Of a DNA stretch of 64,000 nucleotides, positions 1-9,454 are shown in pieces. The notes below the pieces were generated by a model. That model was not told the DNA's origin. It made no database searches and worked only from the letters and a program-made list of their open reading frames with translations. The stretch's first letter is position 1, and every line of letters begins with the position of its first letter. Made by a program: the position numbers and the translations under genes. The stretch is from Nitrospira sp. LK70 (GTDB taxonomy: Bacteria > Nitrospirota > Nitrospiria > Nitrospirales > Nitrospiraceae), in assembly GCA_011090425.1 (NCBI GenBank), contig PHGD01000002.1:2643-66642 (forward strand), written 5' to 3'.

Positions 1-209
1 CCGCCACCCTATCCTCTTCGAGCCGACCCGTCAAGGTATCTGACAAGGCGACCATCCCGGATACTAAGGCTATTCTTCACTGGACAGCCCGCCCCCATTT
101 GTCCTAAAATAACGACCATTACGATTGAATAGGACAAAGATAGTAATCAGTAGTATTCCCTAGCCCAATTCTGATTCCTCCTGATGAGTCAAGGAGATCG
201 CCGATCGGC

Positions 210-902
210 ATGCTCGACTCAGACGCCCCACCCGACGTCCACAGTGAGCCCCTCTCGCGTGAGGCGCTGCGTGCCGCCTGCGACTCCCCGCTGCAGTACC
301 TCGCGATTCTCCATCGGTACTTGGACGGCGGACTCACGGCGCTGCCGGTCTCGGCGCAGCGGGTGTTTCTCCAACTCGTACGGGAGACCCTCGCGCGTGG
401 TCGGGATCGAGTCCGGATTACGATTCGAGCACTGACGGAGAAGACCGGGTTGAGTAAGGAAACCGTCAGCCATGCCCTCCGCCAGTTGAGTAGTCCCTCG
501 GTTGATCTGGTCAATGTCGTGGATGCGGGCGGCGCCCATCGGGCTGGCCAGTATCAAGTCCGCTGGTACACCTATCAGAAACGGACGGTCGGAACGACAC
601 CGCAGCGAAGCCGTATGAAGGTCCGTTCGCTCATCGATCATTCTTCGATCGAGAACCGCCTGCTCAGTCTGAGTGCCGAGGACCGCGCCTTGCTGGAACA
701 GTCCTATCTGGCACTGCAACCGACCGAACGCCGTGACGTGGAAGACACGGTCAGAGACAATCTCCTCACTCTCGGGATGGTGGTCACCAAGGAGGCGTTT
801 CATCAATATGTTTTATACGAGACAATGCGTCGCACGATGTATCATCACATTCGCCGTCACTATCCCAACATGTTTGTCTTCAATCCCGTGTCAACCTCCT
901 GA
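210..902 (+). CDS. hypothetical protein with helix-turn-helix-like segment
   Basis: 230-aa ORF. The segment ITIRALTEKTGLSKETVSHALRQL resembles a wHTH recognition unit. No family recognised. It is the first gene of the all-plus-strand block. Confidence 0.4.
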   Translation: MLDSDAPPDVHSEPLSREALRAACDSPLQYLAILHRYLDGGLTALPVSAQRVFLQLVRETLARGRDRVRITIRALTEKTGLSKETVSHALRQLSSPSVDLVNVVDAGGAHRAGQYQVRWYTYQKRTVGTTPQRSRMKVRSLIDHSSIENRLLSLSAEDRALLEQSYLALQPTERRDVEDTVRDNLLTLGMVVTKEAFHQYVLYETMRRTMYHHIRRHYPNMFVFNPVSTS

Positions 903-964
903 CCGTTTCACCAACCACTCTAATCTCGTAGCCATTAGATCCATGGTGCCCGTTCATTCTAGAG

Positions 965-978
965 GTTACGCACGTAAC
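965..978. repeat. degenerate copy (GTTACGCACGTAAC) of the GTTACGCGCGTAAC palindrome
   Basis: One mismatch to the perfect copies at 1027 and 1323. Lies in the AT-rich tract upstream of the parAB operon. Confidence 0.4.
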
Positions 979-1026
979 AAACTGAAAAACAAAAAGTTTC
1001 AATAACATGATTTAAAAGATTATTAT

Positions 1027-1040
1027 GTTACGCGCGTAAC
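1027..1040. repeat. perfect 14-bp palindrome GTTACGCGCGTAAC (candidate parS or operator)
   Basis: Read directly from the sequence. The GC core is embedded in AT-rich DNA. Confidence 0.5.
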
Positions 1041-1320
1041 GTCCACACGTTTCTTTCGAATATTATCCTTTGATAGTAACATTTTACATCCCTATATCCA
1101 GGCATCCATCTCAATCTAGAATCCGTATCATCCTTCGCCACCACATCACATCTGTCATTAAAAAATGGCTAGGTTAATTCAATCATTTTGACAAAATGAC
1201 TCACTGGCGGAAGCGACGTAAAGAAACACCGATTCTGTCTTCGACGTACCAATTTCAAAAACCACACTAACACTACTTTGTATATATTTGACCACTGTAT
1301 ATTTCTTTTATTCTTTTTAT

Positions 1321-1338
1321 ATGTTACGCGCGTAACAT
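1321..1338. repeat. perfect 18-bp palindrome ATGTTACGCGCGTAACAT (candidate parS or operator)
   Basis: Read directly. It is an extended version of the 14-bp core, about 165 bp upstream of the HTH gene that precedes parA. Confidence 0.5.
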
Positions 1339-1488
1339 CAAACGACTGTGACCTTGCTAAACCCAATGGATTGGCTCCCCGTCACTGCTACATACAACAT
1401 AATGCATTGACAAGGATCCATCTCTTTGATACAAGAGCATTGCCCTAGGTTATTTGCATTTCACTTTTGCCCCAGGTTTTCATCTATC

Positions 1489-1794
1489 ATGAAGACGTAC
1501 AAACGCCAAAAAGAGACCCCAGCTATCTTGACCGGTCGCATTAAGCAACATCGGAAAACAGAGCCGCAGGCTAGGGCAGATAGGGCCCTCACAATGACGG
1601 AAGTCGCTAAGACGCTTGGTATTCATCGCGACACGCTTAAACGTTGGATTAAAGAAGGAAAAATTCCGGATGCCCGACGAAACTCCAGAAACTCTTACCG
1701 CATGTTCACACAGGATGACGTGAATAAAATCAAGATCCTGATGCAAGACCGAAAAGGGATGACCCTCAATGACGAAAGGGATGGCAGGGGTTAG
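1489..1794 (+). CDS. MerR/excisionase-type helix-turn-helix protein
   Basis: LTMTEVAKTLGIHRDTLKRWIKEGKIPDARR matches the Xis/AlpA/MerR-type HTH pattern. The start is uncertain: ATG 1489 or ATG 1594, and the ORF opens at 1426. Sits directly upstream of parA. Confidence 0.55.
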   Translation: MKTYKRQKETPAILTGRIKQHRKTEPQARADRALTMTEVAKTLGIHRDTLKRWIKEGKIPDARRNSRNSYRMFTQDDVNKIKILMQDRKGMTLNDERDGRG

Positions 1795-1833
1795 GCAACG
1801 GGATGTCAAACGGATCCACGAGGGAGGCGCGTC

Positions 1834-2667
1834 ATGATCATAGCACCCCATAATCAGCGTGGAGGAGTCGGCAAGACTACGACATCCGTTCACATTGCAC
1901 ATGCCGCGGCCTTATACGGGAAGCGCGTCCTTCTGGTTGACAGCGATCCTCAAGGGTCGCTGAGAAATATTCTGAAGATCCAGCACGACTCCACGTTGCA
2001 CGACCTGCTCGATAATGGGTTTAAGCTCGAAGAGGTGATTATCAAAGGTGTGCGTACCGGGCCAGAAAAAGGAACGTTGGACGTGATCATTAGTGATAAG
2101 GCTTTGACTGAAACCGAAACAAAATTGATTCAGTCAGGGAACCGTGCGGAAGCTGTCGGTAAACTGCGCGAAGCTCTCGCGCCAGTTAAAGACATGCAGT
2201 ACGATTTAATCCTGATCGACAGCCCTCCTGGACTATCTCCGATTTTACAGTCCGTCTATCACACAGTCGATAGTCTTCTGGTACCCATCGCGATGGATTA
2301 TATGTCTTTCGTCGGGTCCCATCAGGTCATCGAGAGTCTCAGCCTCCTGAAGCAGGACTATGACATCCGAGCCACGATTGCTGGTATTTTACCTGTCGCG
2401 GTTGATCACCGCTTGGCTGTTACGGATTCGACGCTCACGAGCATTAAGAATAAGTATGAAAAATACTATCCGATCTTCCCACCTATTCGTATCGACGCGA
2501 CGATTGCCAAATCGGGCATGCGGGGCCAGACTCTTTATGATCGCCTCGCACTTCCGGTGGAGCGCTTAACACCGGATCATCGTGCTGCTTGGGATTACTA
2601 CCAAGTGATGAAGCTGTTGATCGAAGGTCAGCATTCGCCAGGCATCCTGAAACAGCCGGATGCCTAA
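1834..2667 (+). CDS. parA: ParA/Soj-family partition ATPase
   Basis: Deviant Walker A NQRGGVGKTT, followed by VLLVDSDPQGS and LILIDSPP. Confidence 0.92.
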   Translation: MIIAPHNQRGGVGKTTTSVHIAHAAALYGKRVLLVDSDPQGSLRNILKIQHDSTLHDLLDNGFKLEEVIIKGVRTGPEKGTLDVIISDKALTETETKLIQSGNRAEAVGKLREALAPVKDMQYDLILIDSPPGLSPILQSVYHTVDSLLVPIAMDYMSFVGSHQVIESLSLLKQDYDIRATIAGILPVAVDHRLAVTDSTLTSIKNKYEKYYPIFPPIRIDATIAKSGMRGQTLYDRLALPVERLTPDHRAAWDYYQVMKLLIEGQHSPGILKQPDA

Positions 2668-2691
2668 CAGCGAGGAGGAGAGGATAGGAGT

Positions 2692-3645
2692 ATGAAATCT
2701 AAGTCACGAGATCGTGAGCCAATCGACATTGGTGATTCACTTCCCGACGCGCATTACCAGTCTTTATCTCCGGTCCCGAATGATCGCCGCCGCGAAGAAG
2801 AAGCCAAGAGTATGCGCAATGTCTTTGGCGCAGGAACAAACGAACGAATTACAGAGATTGCACTCGATCGGGTCGATGCCAGTCCTTATCAGCCACGCCT
2901 CGCGATAAACGAAGAGGCCCTCAATGAGTTGAAGGAGTCAATACGCGAACGTGGCGTTATCAATCCTATCCTCGTTCGTGCCGGCAATAATGGACGCTAC
3001 GAACTTATTGCTGGCGCGCGTCGAGCTGAAGCTAGCCGGACCCTTGGCCGCGCCACGATTCCAGCAATCGTGCGCAATTATTCAGACCAAGACGCTGAGT
3101 ATCTTGCGCTGATCGATAACATACATCGGCAAGACCTCGGCGTCCTAGAACAAGCACGATCCTTTGCTCGATTGATTGACCGGCATAACTTGACCCATGA
3201 AGACCTCGCCAAGCAGCTGAAATGTTCGCGCGCACGCATTACGCGGATGCTGAAAGTACTGGATCTCCCTCAGGAGGTTCAAGATCTCCTCTACGCACCT
3301 GGTTATGAATTTGGAGCATTGCATGGGGAACTCTTGGCCGGTGTGAAATCGTCGGAAAAGTGTTTTCGCCTTGCCCAACGCCTCGTTCAAGAGAGATGGA
3401 GCACTCGCCGCCTCGAAGAGGAGATCAATCGTAAGCCACGAGTACATAAAGGGTATGAGTCTGTTGTCTATGAAGAACGGCCTGATGGCTTTAACTTGCG
3501 CATCAATTTTCGTGACAACCATGAATATGACATCGCGCGCTCAGAGGACGCGATCCGAAAAGCCCTCGCCCGTCTCACCCGAATGAAAACCATAAGCGGC
3601 CAGAGAGACGGAGCCCTTACCACCGAAACATCCGAAGTCGGCTGA
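2692..3645 (+). CDS. parB: ParB-family partition protein
   Basis: ParB N-terminal box NPILVRAGNNGRYELIAGARRAEASR, followed by an HTH region. Immediately downstream of parA. Confidence 0.9.
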   Translation: MKSKSRDREPIDIGDSLPDAHYQSLSPVPNDRRREEEAKSMRNVFGAGTNERITEIALDRVDASPYQPRLAINEEALNELKESIRERGVINPILVRAGNNGRYELIAGARRAEASRTLGRATIPAIVRNYSDQDAEYLALIDNIHRQDLGVLEQARSFARLIDRHNLTHEDLAKQLKCSRARITRMLKVLDLPQEVQDLLYAPGYEFGALHGELLAGVKSSEKCFRLAQRLVQERWSTRRLEEEINRKPRVHKGYESVVYEERPDGFNLRINFRDNHEYDIARSEDAIRKALARLTRMKTISGQRDGALTTETSEVG

Positions 3646-3834
3646 GCCCGAAAGTACGTGGTTTCAATTCTTTTCAAAGATTGCCCTTTCCCGACGGCTA
3701 CGCCGATACTTTCTTTCAACTATCGAAAAGATCACAAGAGACTTTTATTCTTTTTCACGTCGATCCAAAAATTAGTATCTCTCATCCCCACAATACTGAG
3801 AAGATTTTCTGTATATCTCTGGTTATCCACAGGC

Positions 3835-3958
3835 GTTCGATACTTGACAGAAGGGTTTTCGATAGATGACAGAACGTTCGATACTTGACAGAAGAGCAGG
3901 GACGATAGTTGACCGAAACGAAACGATAGTCGAGAGAATGTTCGATGGTTGAGAGAAG
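3835..3958 (+). repeat. iteron-like direct repeats (candidate oriV)
   Basis: Two exact copies of GTTCGATACTTGACAGAAG (3835-3853, 3876-3894) plus degenerate copies near 3858, 3903, 3924 and 3941. The CGA cores are spaced 19-24 bp apart. The array lies about 100 bp upstream of the rep-like gene in AT-rich DNA. Confidence 0.6.
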
Positions 3959-4054
3959 GATATTCAGCGCTAAGTACGTGATACTCCACGAACTAGCCAT
4001 CAATAGCGATCCCTCCTACGTTAAACCCTTAACGAAAGAATAATCTACGTTACG

Positions 4055-5428
4055 ATGGATCACGCTGACTTCGTCACCTCTTCGGAAGAAAATCCATTGA
4101 ATAGGGTACTTGATACTCCAAAAAAAGAATTTCTCCTCACAGCTCCCGTTTTACTGCTATCAGAACACATTCTGGGCTCCATCCCTCTCTGGGAGGTCAA
4201 AAGCAAGAACCGTAGAGAAGGACTCCGCGAAAAGGAAGTCGTCCGTGAGGTGTATTACCGGGGAGAGGTACGCAAAATCCCATTGGTGATTTATGCGAGC
4301 GGGGATTTAGGACTCCCGAATTCGGTCGATCTTGAACTCTTCCGCGGGTTTGAACGCTGGGCGCTTAGGCAGCTCGAGCGCAAGAAAACGTTAGAGCCGA
4401 TTGTAAAGATTTCAGGGGCAGAAATCCTGCACGCAGCTGGGAAGGAGCCGTCAGGTGCCGCGTATGCAGAGGTAGATCGTTTCTTTTTGCGGATGGCTGG
4501 GACCATGATTTCTGCTGGTCGGACAAAGACAGAGGTGGCTGGAGAAGAAAGAACGAGAAGTTCGTTGACGCGGAAACGACTGCGAAGCAATAAGGGGATT
4601 GTGTTTAAGATTTTTGGTACGGTCGTGTTACCAGGCCAACCGAATAAAAAGGGTGAGTTGGTGGATAAATACGAGGTGGAGCTCGCATCTTGGTATCGTG
4701 ACAGTTTGTTGATGGGGAACTGTTTTGTGATCGACCATTCATTATTTAGTGGGATGAAAGGATCGCTCTCAAAGTTGTTGCATCAACTTCTACATAATCT
4801 CTTCTATCTCGGGAAGGGACATGCAGAACAGCGATACTCAGATCTCGTGCGCTATTGGCAAATCAAGCAGTACCTGGCGAAGTCGAAAGTAATCGAACAG
4901 TTTGCCGAGGCTCATCGGGAACTTGTCAAACGAGGGTTTCTAGAGCATTGGCAGATTGTTCCTGTGGGTCAACGTGATCAGAAAGACTTTCTCTTTGTGT
5001 GGGATGCGGGAGCTGCGTGGTGGAAAACAGAGGCGCAATTACCAACGGTACAAGCGAAGTATGAATTAGGGGAGGCGCATCACATCGACGCAGACCCTGT
5101 GATTGATCCATTTCTCAGTGCGCTCCCTGAACCAAGCACACGAGCCGCTACAACATCGGTGACTGATAGTAATTCAGCAGCGCGCCTATTGGATGAAATT
5201 ATGGGATTGTCCGGTCGTCGGAAGGACCCTGAGGTTTGGGAGAAATGGTGGAAGCGAGCCATCGCGGCAGTTCCTCACCCACGGATTTGGCTTCGGATTG
5301 GCGAAGTGAAAGAAAGGAAGGCACGCGGAGAACGTATTAATATGGGAAGCTATCTCGCGAAGCTGGTTAAGATTGAAGCTAAAACCCTCGGAGTACCCTG
5401 GGCTGAGGACGAGAACAGGAGCGCGTAG
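4055..5428 (+). CDS. putative plasmid replication initiator (RepA/RPA-like)
   Basis: 457-aa ORF directly downstream of the iterons and next to parAB. The N-terminal segment IPLVIYASGDLGLPNSVDLELFRGFERWAL resembles replication-initiator-protein-A family proteins. The call rests mostly on context. Confidence 0.5.
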   Translation: MDHADFVTSSEENPLNRVLDTPKKEFLLTAPVLLLSEHILGSIPLWEVKSKNRREGLREKEVVREVYYRGEVRKIPLVIYASGDLGLPNSVDLELFRGFERWALRQLERKKTLEPIVKISGAEILHAAGKEPSGAAYAEVDRFFLRMAGTMISAGRTKTEVAGEERTRSSLTRKRLRSNKGIVFKIFGTVVLPGQPNKKGELVDKYEVELASWYRDSLLMGNCFVIDHSLFSGMKGSLSKLLHQLLHNLFYLGKGHAEQRYSDLVRYWQIKQYLAKSKVIEQFAEAHRELVKRGFLEHWQIVPVGQRDQKDFLFVWDAGAAWWKTEAQLPTVQAKYELGEAHHIDADPVIDPFLSALPEPSTRAATTSVTDSNSAARLLDEIMGLSGRRKDPEVWEKWWKRAIAAVPHPRIWLRIGEVKERKARGERINMGSYLAKLVKIEAKTLGVPWAEDENRSA

Positions 5429-5735
5429 GAGGAGTTGGAGAAATGGGTGGAAACATCCCTTCGGCGGCACGTGTCATGTCCCATGGCACGTATCGGAAGA
5501 GGTATACGTCACTGATTTCGTACAACCGGTGCGCGTTTCTCATAGGAAGCGACCGGGACAGGATCGACTGTGCCTTCGCCTGTCAGGAGAAGGGGACGGA
5601 GTCGGCGCCGATACACGCAGAACAGGGATGCAAGCAGATGTACATTTCTCACCGATGATTAAGGAGTTGCTCTTCCCTCCGCTCTCACGGTTTTCCTCGC
5701 CCTGTCAGATCGCTTTGATACAATAACCGACTGTC

Positions 5736-5873
5736 ATGAGTGTGGTCCTCCTTCTCCTCTTCGCCGGCGTGTTTCTCAGCCTGTTCCAGTCCACGCGCGA
5801 CGGGTTTCTCTGGCTGCTCGCCGGTGCCCTGGTGCTGGGCATCGTGTACCTGGTTTTTCCTCTCTCTCCGTGA
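5736..5873 (+). CDS. possible 45-aa two-helix membrane peptide
   Basis: My own translation gives MSVVLLLLFAGVFLSLFQSTRDGFLWLLAGALVLGIVYLVFPLSP. It is below the ORF-track cutoff and no RBS was recognised. Confidence 0.2.
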   Translation: MSVVLLLLFAGVFLSLFQSTRDGFLWLLAGALVLGIVYLVFPLSP

Positions 5874-6783
5874 CCGCCTTCTCTCAAGCCGTGCTTCGCC
5901 ATCGCATGCCGTCGGACACTGTATTGCGACTCGTGTAGTCACACGAATCAGGGCATGCCTACGTAAGACGGAGATCACCTCAGTGGCGATCCAGCAGATT
6001 CAACAGGTCCGGCATGGATCCCCTCGGCCTCCTCTGCGATCACGAGTCGACACCGAGCCCACAAGGTCATATGCCCCACGTGAGATCGGGTCATTATTGG
6101 GATGGAGCCTGGCACACTCCTGTGGAGGCGTCATCGGACAGGGAGTTGGCATCTCGTCGGACTCGTCGCGAGCAATCTCCATAGAACAAGAACGTGGCGA
6201 ATCTGTGGGGATTGCGCCAGCAACGTGCTGAGGCAGTGGGGCTCACGGATGATCCGACCGTGCACGTAATCGTGACCGAACAACAGGTGAGTGTCACGGC
6301 GAGCGAAGACGGTACGCAGGGGGAACGGAACGGCTACGCGTTCCGCACTCATCTTGGGTTGCCGTCGGGTGGCTCACACAGTTTCTTCCTTCTTGAATTG
6401 CGGGAACTCGATCTCACTGACAAAGCAGGCGGGTTTGCTCGACAGAACACTGGCTGTGGCCCATGTCAACAGCAGAAAAAGAAACAGGAGAAGAGAACGA
6501 AGAGTCAGATACCGTGAAGGCGGACGCTCTCGGTAGGTGAGGCAGACTGTCTCAGTTTGACCCAAAGCAGACGTACACGACTGACCGCTATCAGAGGGGG
6601 AGGGCTTACACGGATCCGCAGAAGAACCCATGATACATGGTCCCATTGTCGCAATTTATTGGACCAACGTTGAGCATGGCGTACTATTCACTAATAGTCG
6701 TGGCGTCTTCTACGAACAGAAAATGGCAGCTCCGGTTCTTATATGGACCCGCCTAAACATTGTTATGAGCTTGAGGGTTTTCG

Positions 6784-7503
6784 ATGATTGAGTGGTATCT
6801 CTCGATCCGCAATCTCATACGCGCGCTTGAGCAGAAAGCACGCGATGCGTTGGAGTTGTACGAGAGGCAAGGCAAAGATGCCGCCGCCCCAATCAATGGA
6901 TACATGAATACCGACTATCAGCAGCTCTGGGATCGTTGGAGGAGCCGCTTCCCTGACGAACACCTCGGCAACCTAGGAAGACACATTGGCTTCGGAATGG
7001 ATAAGGACTACCGAGACATTGTCACGCATGACCTGCCAGAGTTGGAGAAGCGAGCTGAAGCACATCTACTTAAGGAAACAAGAGTCGGAACACAACAAGC
7101 ATTGGGATTCGAAGAACTCCTGCACCCTGTAATAATGGAACACTCCTACCAACTTTACAGAAACGGCCATCTGAGAGAGGCCGTGCTGAATTCCATCACA
7201 GCCCTCTTTGACTTCATCCGGAGCCGGACCAAAGCACAAGAGGACGGTGATCGGTTAATTGGCCAAGTCTTTTCGCTTGCAAACCCCAAGTTGGTGTTGA
7301 CCGAGTTAGAAACAGAGTCCGGTCAGAATGAACAAAAAGGGTTCATGCAGATATTCAAGGGTGCTTATCAGGGCATCAGAAATCCAAAGGCACACAGCCT
7401 GACCCACGATTTGACCCCAGAAAAGGTTGCGCAGTATCTAGTATTTGCGAGTCTGCTAATTCGGCGCGTGCAGGAGGCCAAGGATGCCAAGAAGCGCGCA
7501 TAA
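6784..7503 (+). CDS. TIGR02391 (Hypoth_Ymh)-like protein
   Basis: C-terminal GFMQIFKGAYQGIRNPKAHSLTHDLTPEKVAQYLVFASLLIRRV matches my memory of the Hypoth_Ymh signature (RNP.AH). Confidence 0.6.
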   Translation: MIEWYLSIRNLIRALEQKARDALELYERQGKDAAAPINGYMNTDYQQLWDRWRSRFPDEHLGNLGRHIGFGMDKDYRDIVTHDLPELEKRAEAHLLKETRVGTQQALGFEELLHPVIMEHSYQLYRNGHLREAVLNSITALFDFIRSRTKAQEDGDRLIGQVFSLANPKLVLTELETESGQNEQKGFMQIFKGAYQGIRNPKAHSLTHDLTPEKVAQYLVFASLLIRRVQEAKDAKKRA

Positions 7504-7583
7504 CAAGCGGTTCCAACGGTCGCGCCCGCCTTGCGGCGGCCGCGCCGCTGAGCGACGGCGTTGGCCGACATAGCAGAATCCAA

Positions 7584-8300
7584 ATGCAAGAAACCGAGCC
7601 TGACTACAAACGCCCTTTCGACACCGATGACTTCCGAGGCTACTTCACCTGGGATAGCTCCACTACGAAAGCTGCGGGCTCAAGGCTTTACCACGCTTGT
7701 CATCAAGACGAGCTTGAAGAAGTATTGAGTCGCGGTGAATTGATCCTGCGAAGTACTTGGTCTCTAAATCTGCCGGAACATGGGCTTTGGGAATCACCTG
7801 GCGTATGGGCCGGGCTAAACTATTACACGAACGGGAATAGGTACGGGCCGTTTGTCATCGAGTTCCCGCTTGAGGTTCTCAATGGCAAGCGATTCATGGC
7901 CTTCCGTCGAACCGGCGGTCGAAAAAGATTCTTTTTCGTACAATACGAAGCACAAATCCCAATCTACAGTTTCGAGTCGAAGATATGGCGAACCGTAAAT
8001 CCAAAACATTATTTCACAGATACTGGAATCGGTGCAATTTGGGACATCGTTCTTACCCAACCCATTTTGATTGGCAGTGCGGTTGTTACGGGAGTTGAAC
8101 ATCCAAGCTGCATCTCAGGAAAATGCAATGGTTCATCGGCACGTGCAAATCGAAAGTCTCTTCGTTCGCTCGCAAAGGAAAAGCTCACAGAATTGTTGGT
8201 TAGCAACAACGAGTATGCGTCGTTTCTAAAGCGATTCGATGTTGCCGAAGGTATGGAGATTACACTGCCGTTGATGAACAAGAATGAGTGCAGCACCTAA
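7584..8300 (+). CDS. hypothetical protein (weak ADP-ribosyltransferase/DarT-like N-terminal pattern)
   Basis: 238-aa ORF 80 nt downstream of the Ymh-like gene. It contains RLYHACHQDELEEVLSRGELILRS, then GVWAGLNYY, YGPFVIEF and FVQYEAQIP. Coding is plausible; the function is only inferred. Confidence 0.5.
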   Translation: MQETEPDYKRPFDTDDFRGYFTWDSSTTKAAGSRLYHACHQDELEEVLSRGELILRSTWSLNLPEHGLWESPGVWAGLNYYTNGNRYGPFVIEFPLEVLNGKRFMAFRRTGGRKRFFFVQYEAQIPIYSFESKIWRTVNPKHYFTDTGIGAIWDIVLTQPILIGSAVVTGVEHPSCISGKCNGSSARANRKSLRSLAKEKLTELLVSNNEYASFLKRFDVAEGMEITLPLMNKNECST

Positions 8301-9022
8301 AGTCGGCCAACAAGACGGTCAAGCCGAGCGGTGGATTCGGCGTGTTCTGAAATCAATGTCAATTGGCCGCCGCCGGGTTCCCTTAGACGTTAATGCGACA
8401 AGGCTGAGGACTGCTTCATGGCGGTGCGGTCTCGTCGCCGAACTTCCGCACTTGGCCGCTAGCGGACGGTGGGTGCGGGTGACGACATTACACCCAACAT
8501 GATCCTTGGTAATCGTTCATGCCCCACACCAAGCTGCGCGGCATCAGCGTCGAGGAACCCTTCTGCCGCAGTCCTTTAAGTTCGTTGTGGCGTCTCGCCT
8601 GCGGCGACCGCGCTGCTCCTGGTTCGCTTCGCTCATCCCGTCAGACGGCGCGACTCACGCCCTGCTCATGACCCCAATCACACAGACCGATGGACGGCAC
8701 CGCGCCCGCGCCGTGCCGCACTCGTAATCGATTGGCACCGTCCATCCGCGCCGGGCAGATGGACCGTGCGAAGACGCCTCCTCAATCCAATCTCGTCACT
8801 CGCATCGGTGGGAAAGAAAGACCGCTGACAGACAGGAGGGGAGGGGGCATGCGTGCCTGTGTGTCGTGAGGCTATCACACCGTTCTCGACGTCAAGGCCT
8901 CCGCGCGCGGCTGCGCCACGTGCTCGCGAGCGTGTGTCACACGGCCCTGACGGCTGCGCTTTCGGTGTGCTGGAGGCCTTCCACTCAGGCAATTCCGCTT
9001 GGGACAACGCGGAGGGAATGAC

Positions 9023-9454
9023 ATGAAACCATTCAACAACGAACAACCAGCGATCGTGGCGACCTTGGTGCCGGAAGAGGACCGGCTCGAGTTTCTGCCG
9101 CGCCACTTTTGGATGCACATGCTCACCGTGGAGAAAGTTCTTTACGCGCAGTTCGCCAAGCTCTGTCCCCCCTACACCGGAGGGTATTGGCACTTCTATG
9201 ACTTGAGCAACGGCGGGTGTTATCTCGCACCGAGTCATGAACGCTATGCACTCGTGCATGCGGACAATTTCTTTGATGCCACGGTCTCGGGGGATGCCGC
9301 TGGGATCATCGTATCCCTGTTCACGTTCAGCCACCTGTCCTTCCTGTTGGAGGACGATCCACACGGTCCTCGGATTGCCGACTACTTCCATCTGCTACGT
9401 GACTTCGCAGCCGACCATTCCGAGGCCGGCCTGATCTTTCGAGCGATCGACTGA
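9023..9454 (+). CDS. klcA: antirestriction protein, ArdB/KlcA family
   Basis: YTGGYWHFYDLSNGGCYLAP, DAAGIIVSLF and the C-terminal EAGLIFRAID match KlcA/ArdB as I remember it. GGAGGG RBS at 9011-9016. The ORF-track start at 8999 is probably too far upstream. Confidence 0.8.
   Translation: MKPFNNEQPAIVATLVPEEDRLEFLPRHFWMHMLTVEKVLYAQFAKLCPPYTGGYWHFYDLSNGGCYLAPSHERYALVHADNFFDATVSGDAAGIIVSLFTFSHLSFLLEDDPHGPRIADYFHLLRDFAADHSEAGLIFRAID

Noticed and set aside
3835-3958. Possibility that the short direct repeats are a mini CRISPR array
   Set aside because: The repeat units abut with 0-5 nt between them instead of about 30-nt unique spacers, the copies are degenerate, and no cas genes are present. 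Their position upstream of rep fits iterons.
7517-8370. Integron attC-like sites flanking the 7584-8300 gene (CCAAC...GTTGG hairpin at 7517-7566; GGCCAAC at 8305 versus ATTGGCC at 8361; 9-bp inverted repeat TTGGCCGAC/GTCGGCCAA)
   Set aside because: Only the first hairpin folds convincingly. The second candidate has no paired L arms, the core sites deviate from RYYYAAC/GTTRRRY, no IntI-type integrase or attI is adjacent, and a 9-bp inverted repeat can be chance.
8678-9391. 237-aa minus-strand ORF opposite klcA/ardB
   Set aside because: It is antisense to a gene with a strong family signature, and its own translation is featureless.
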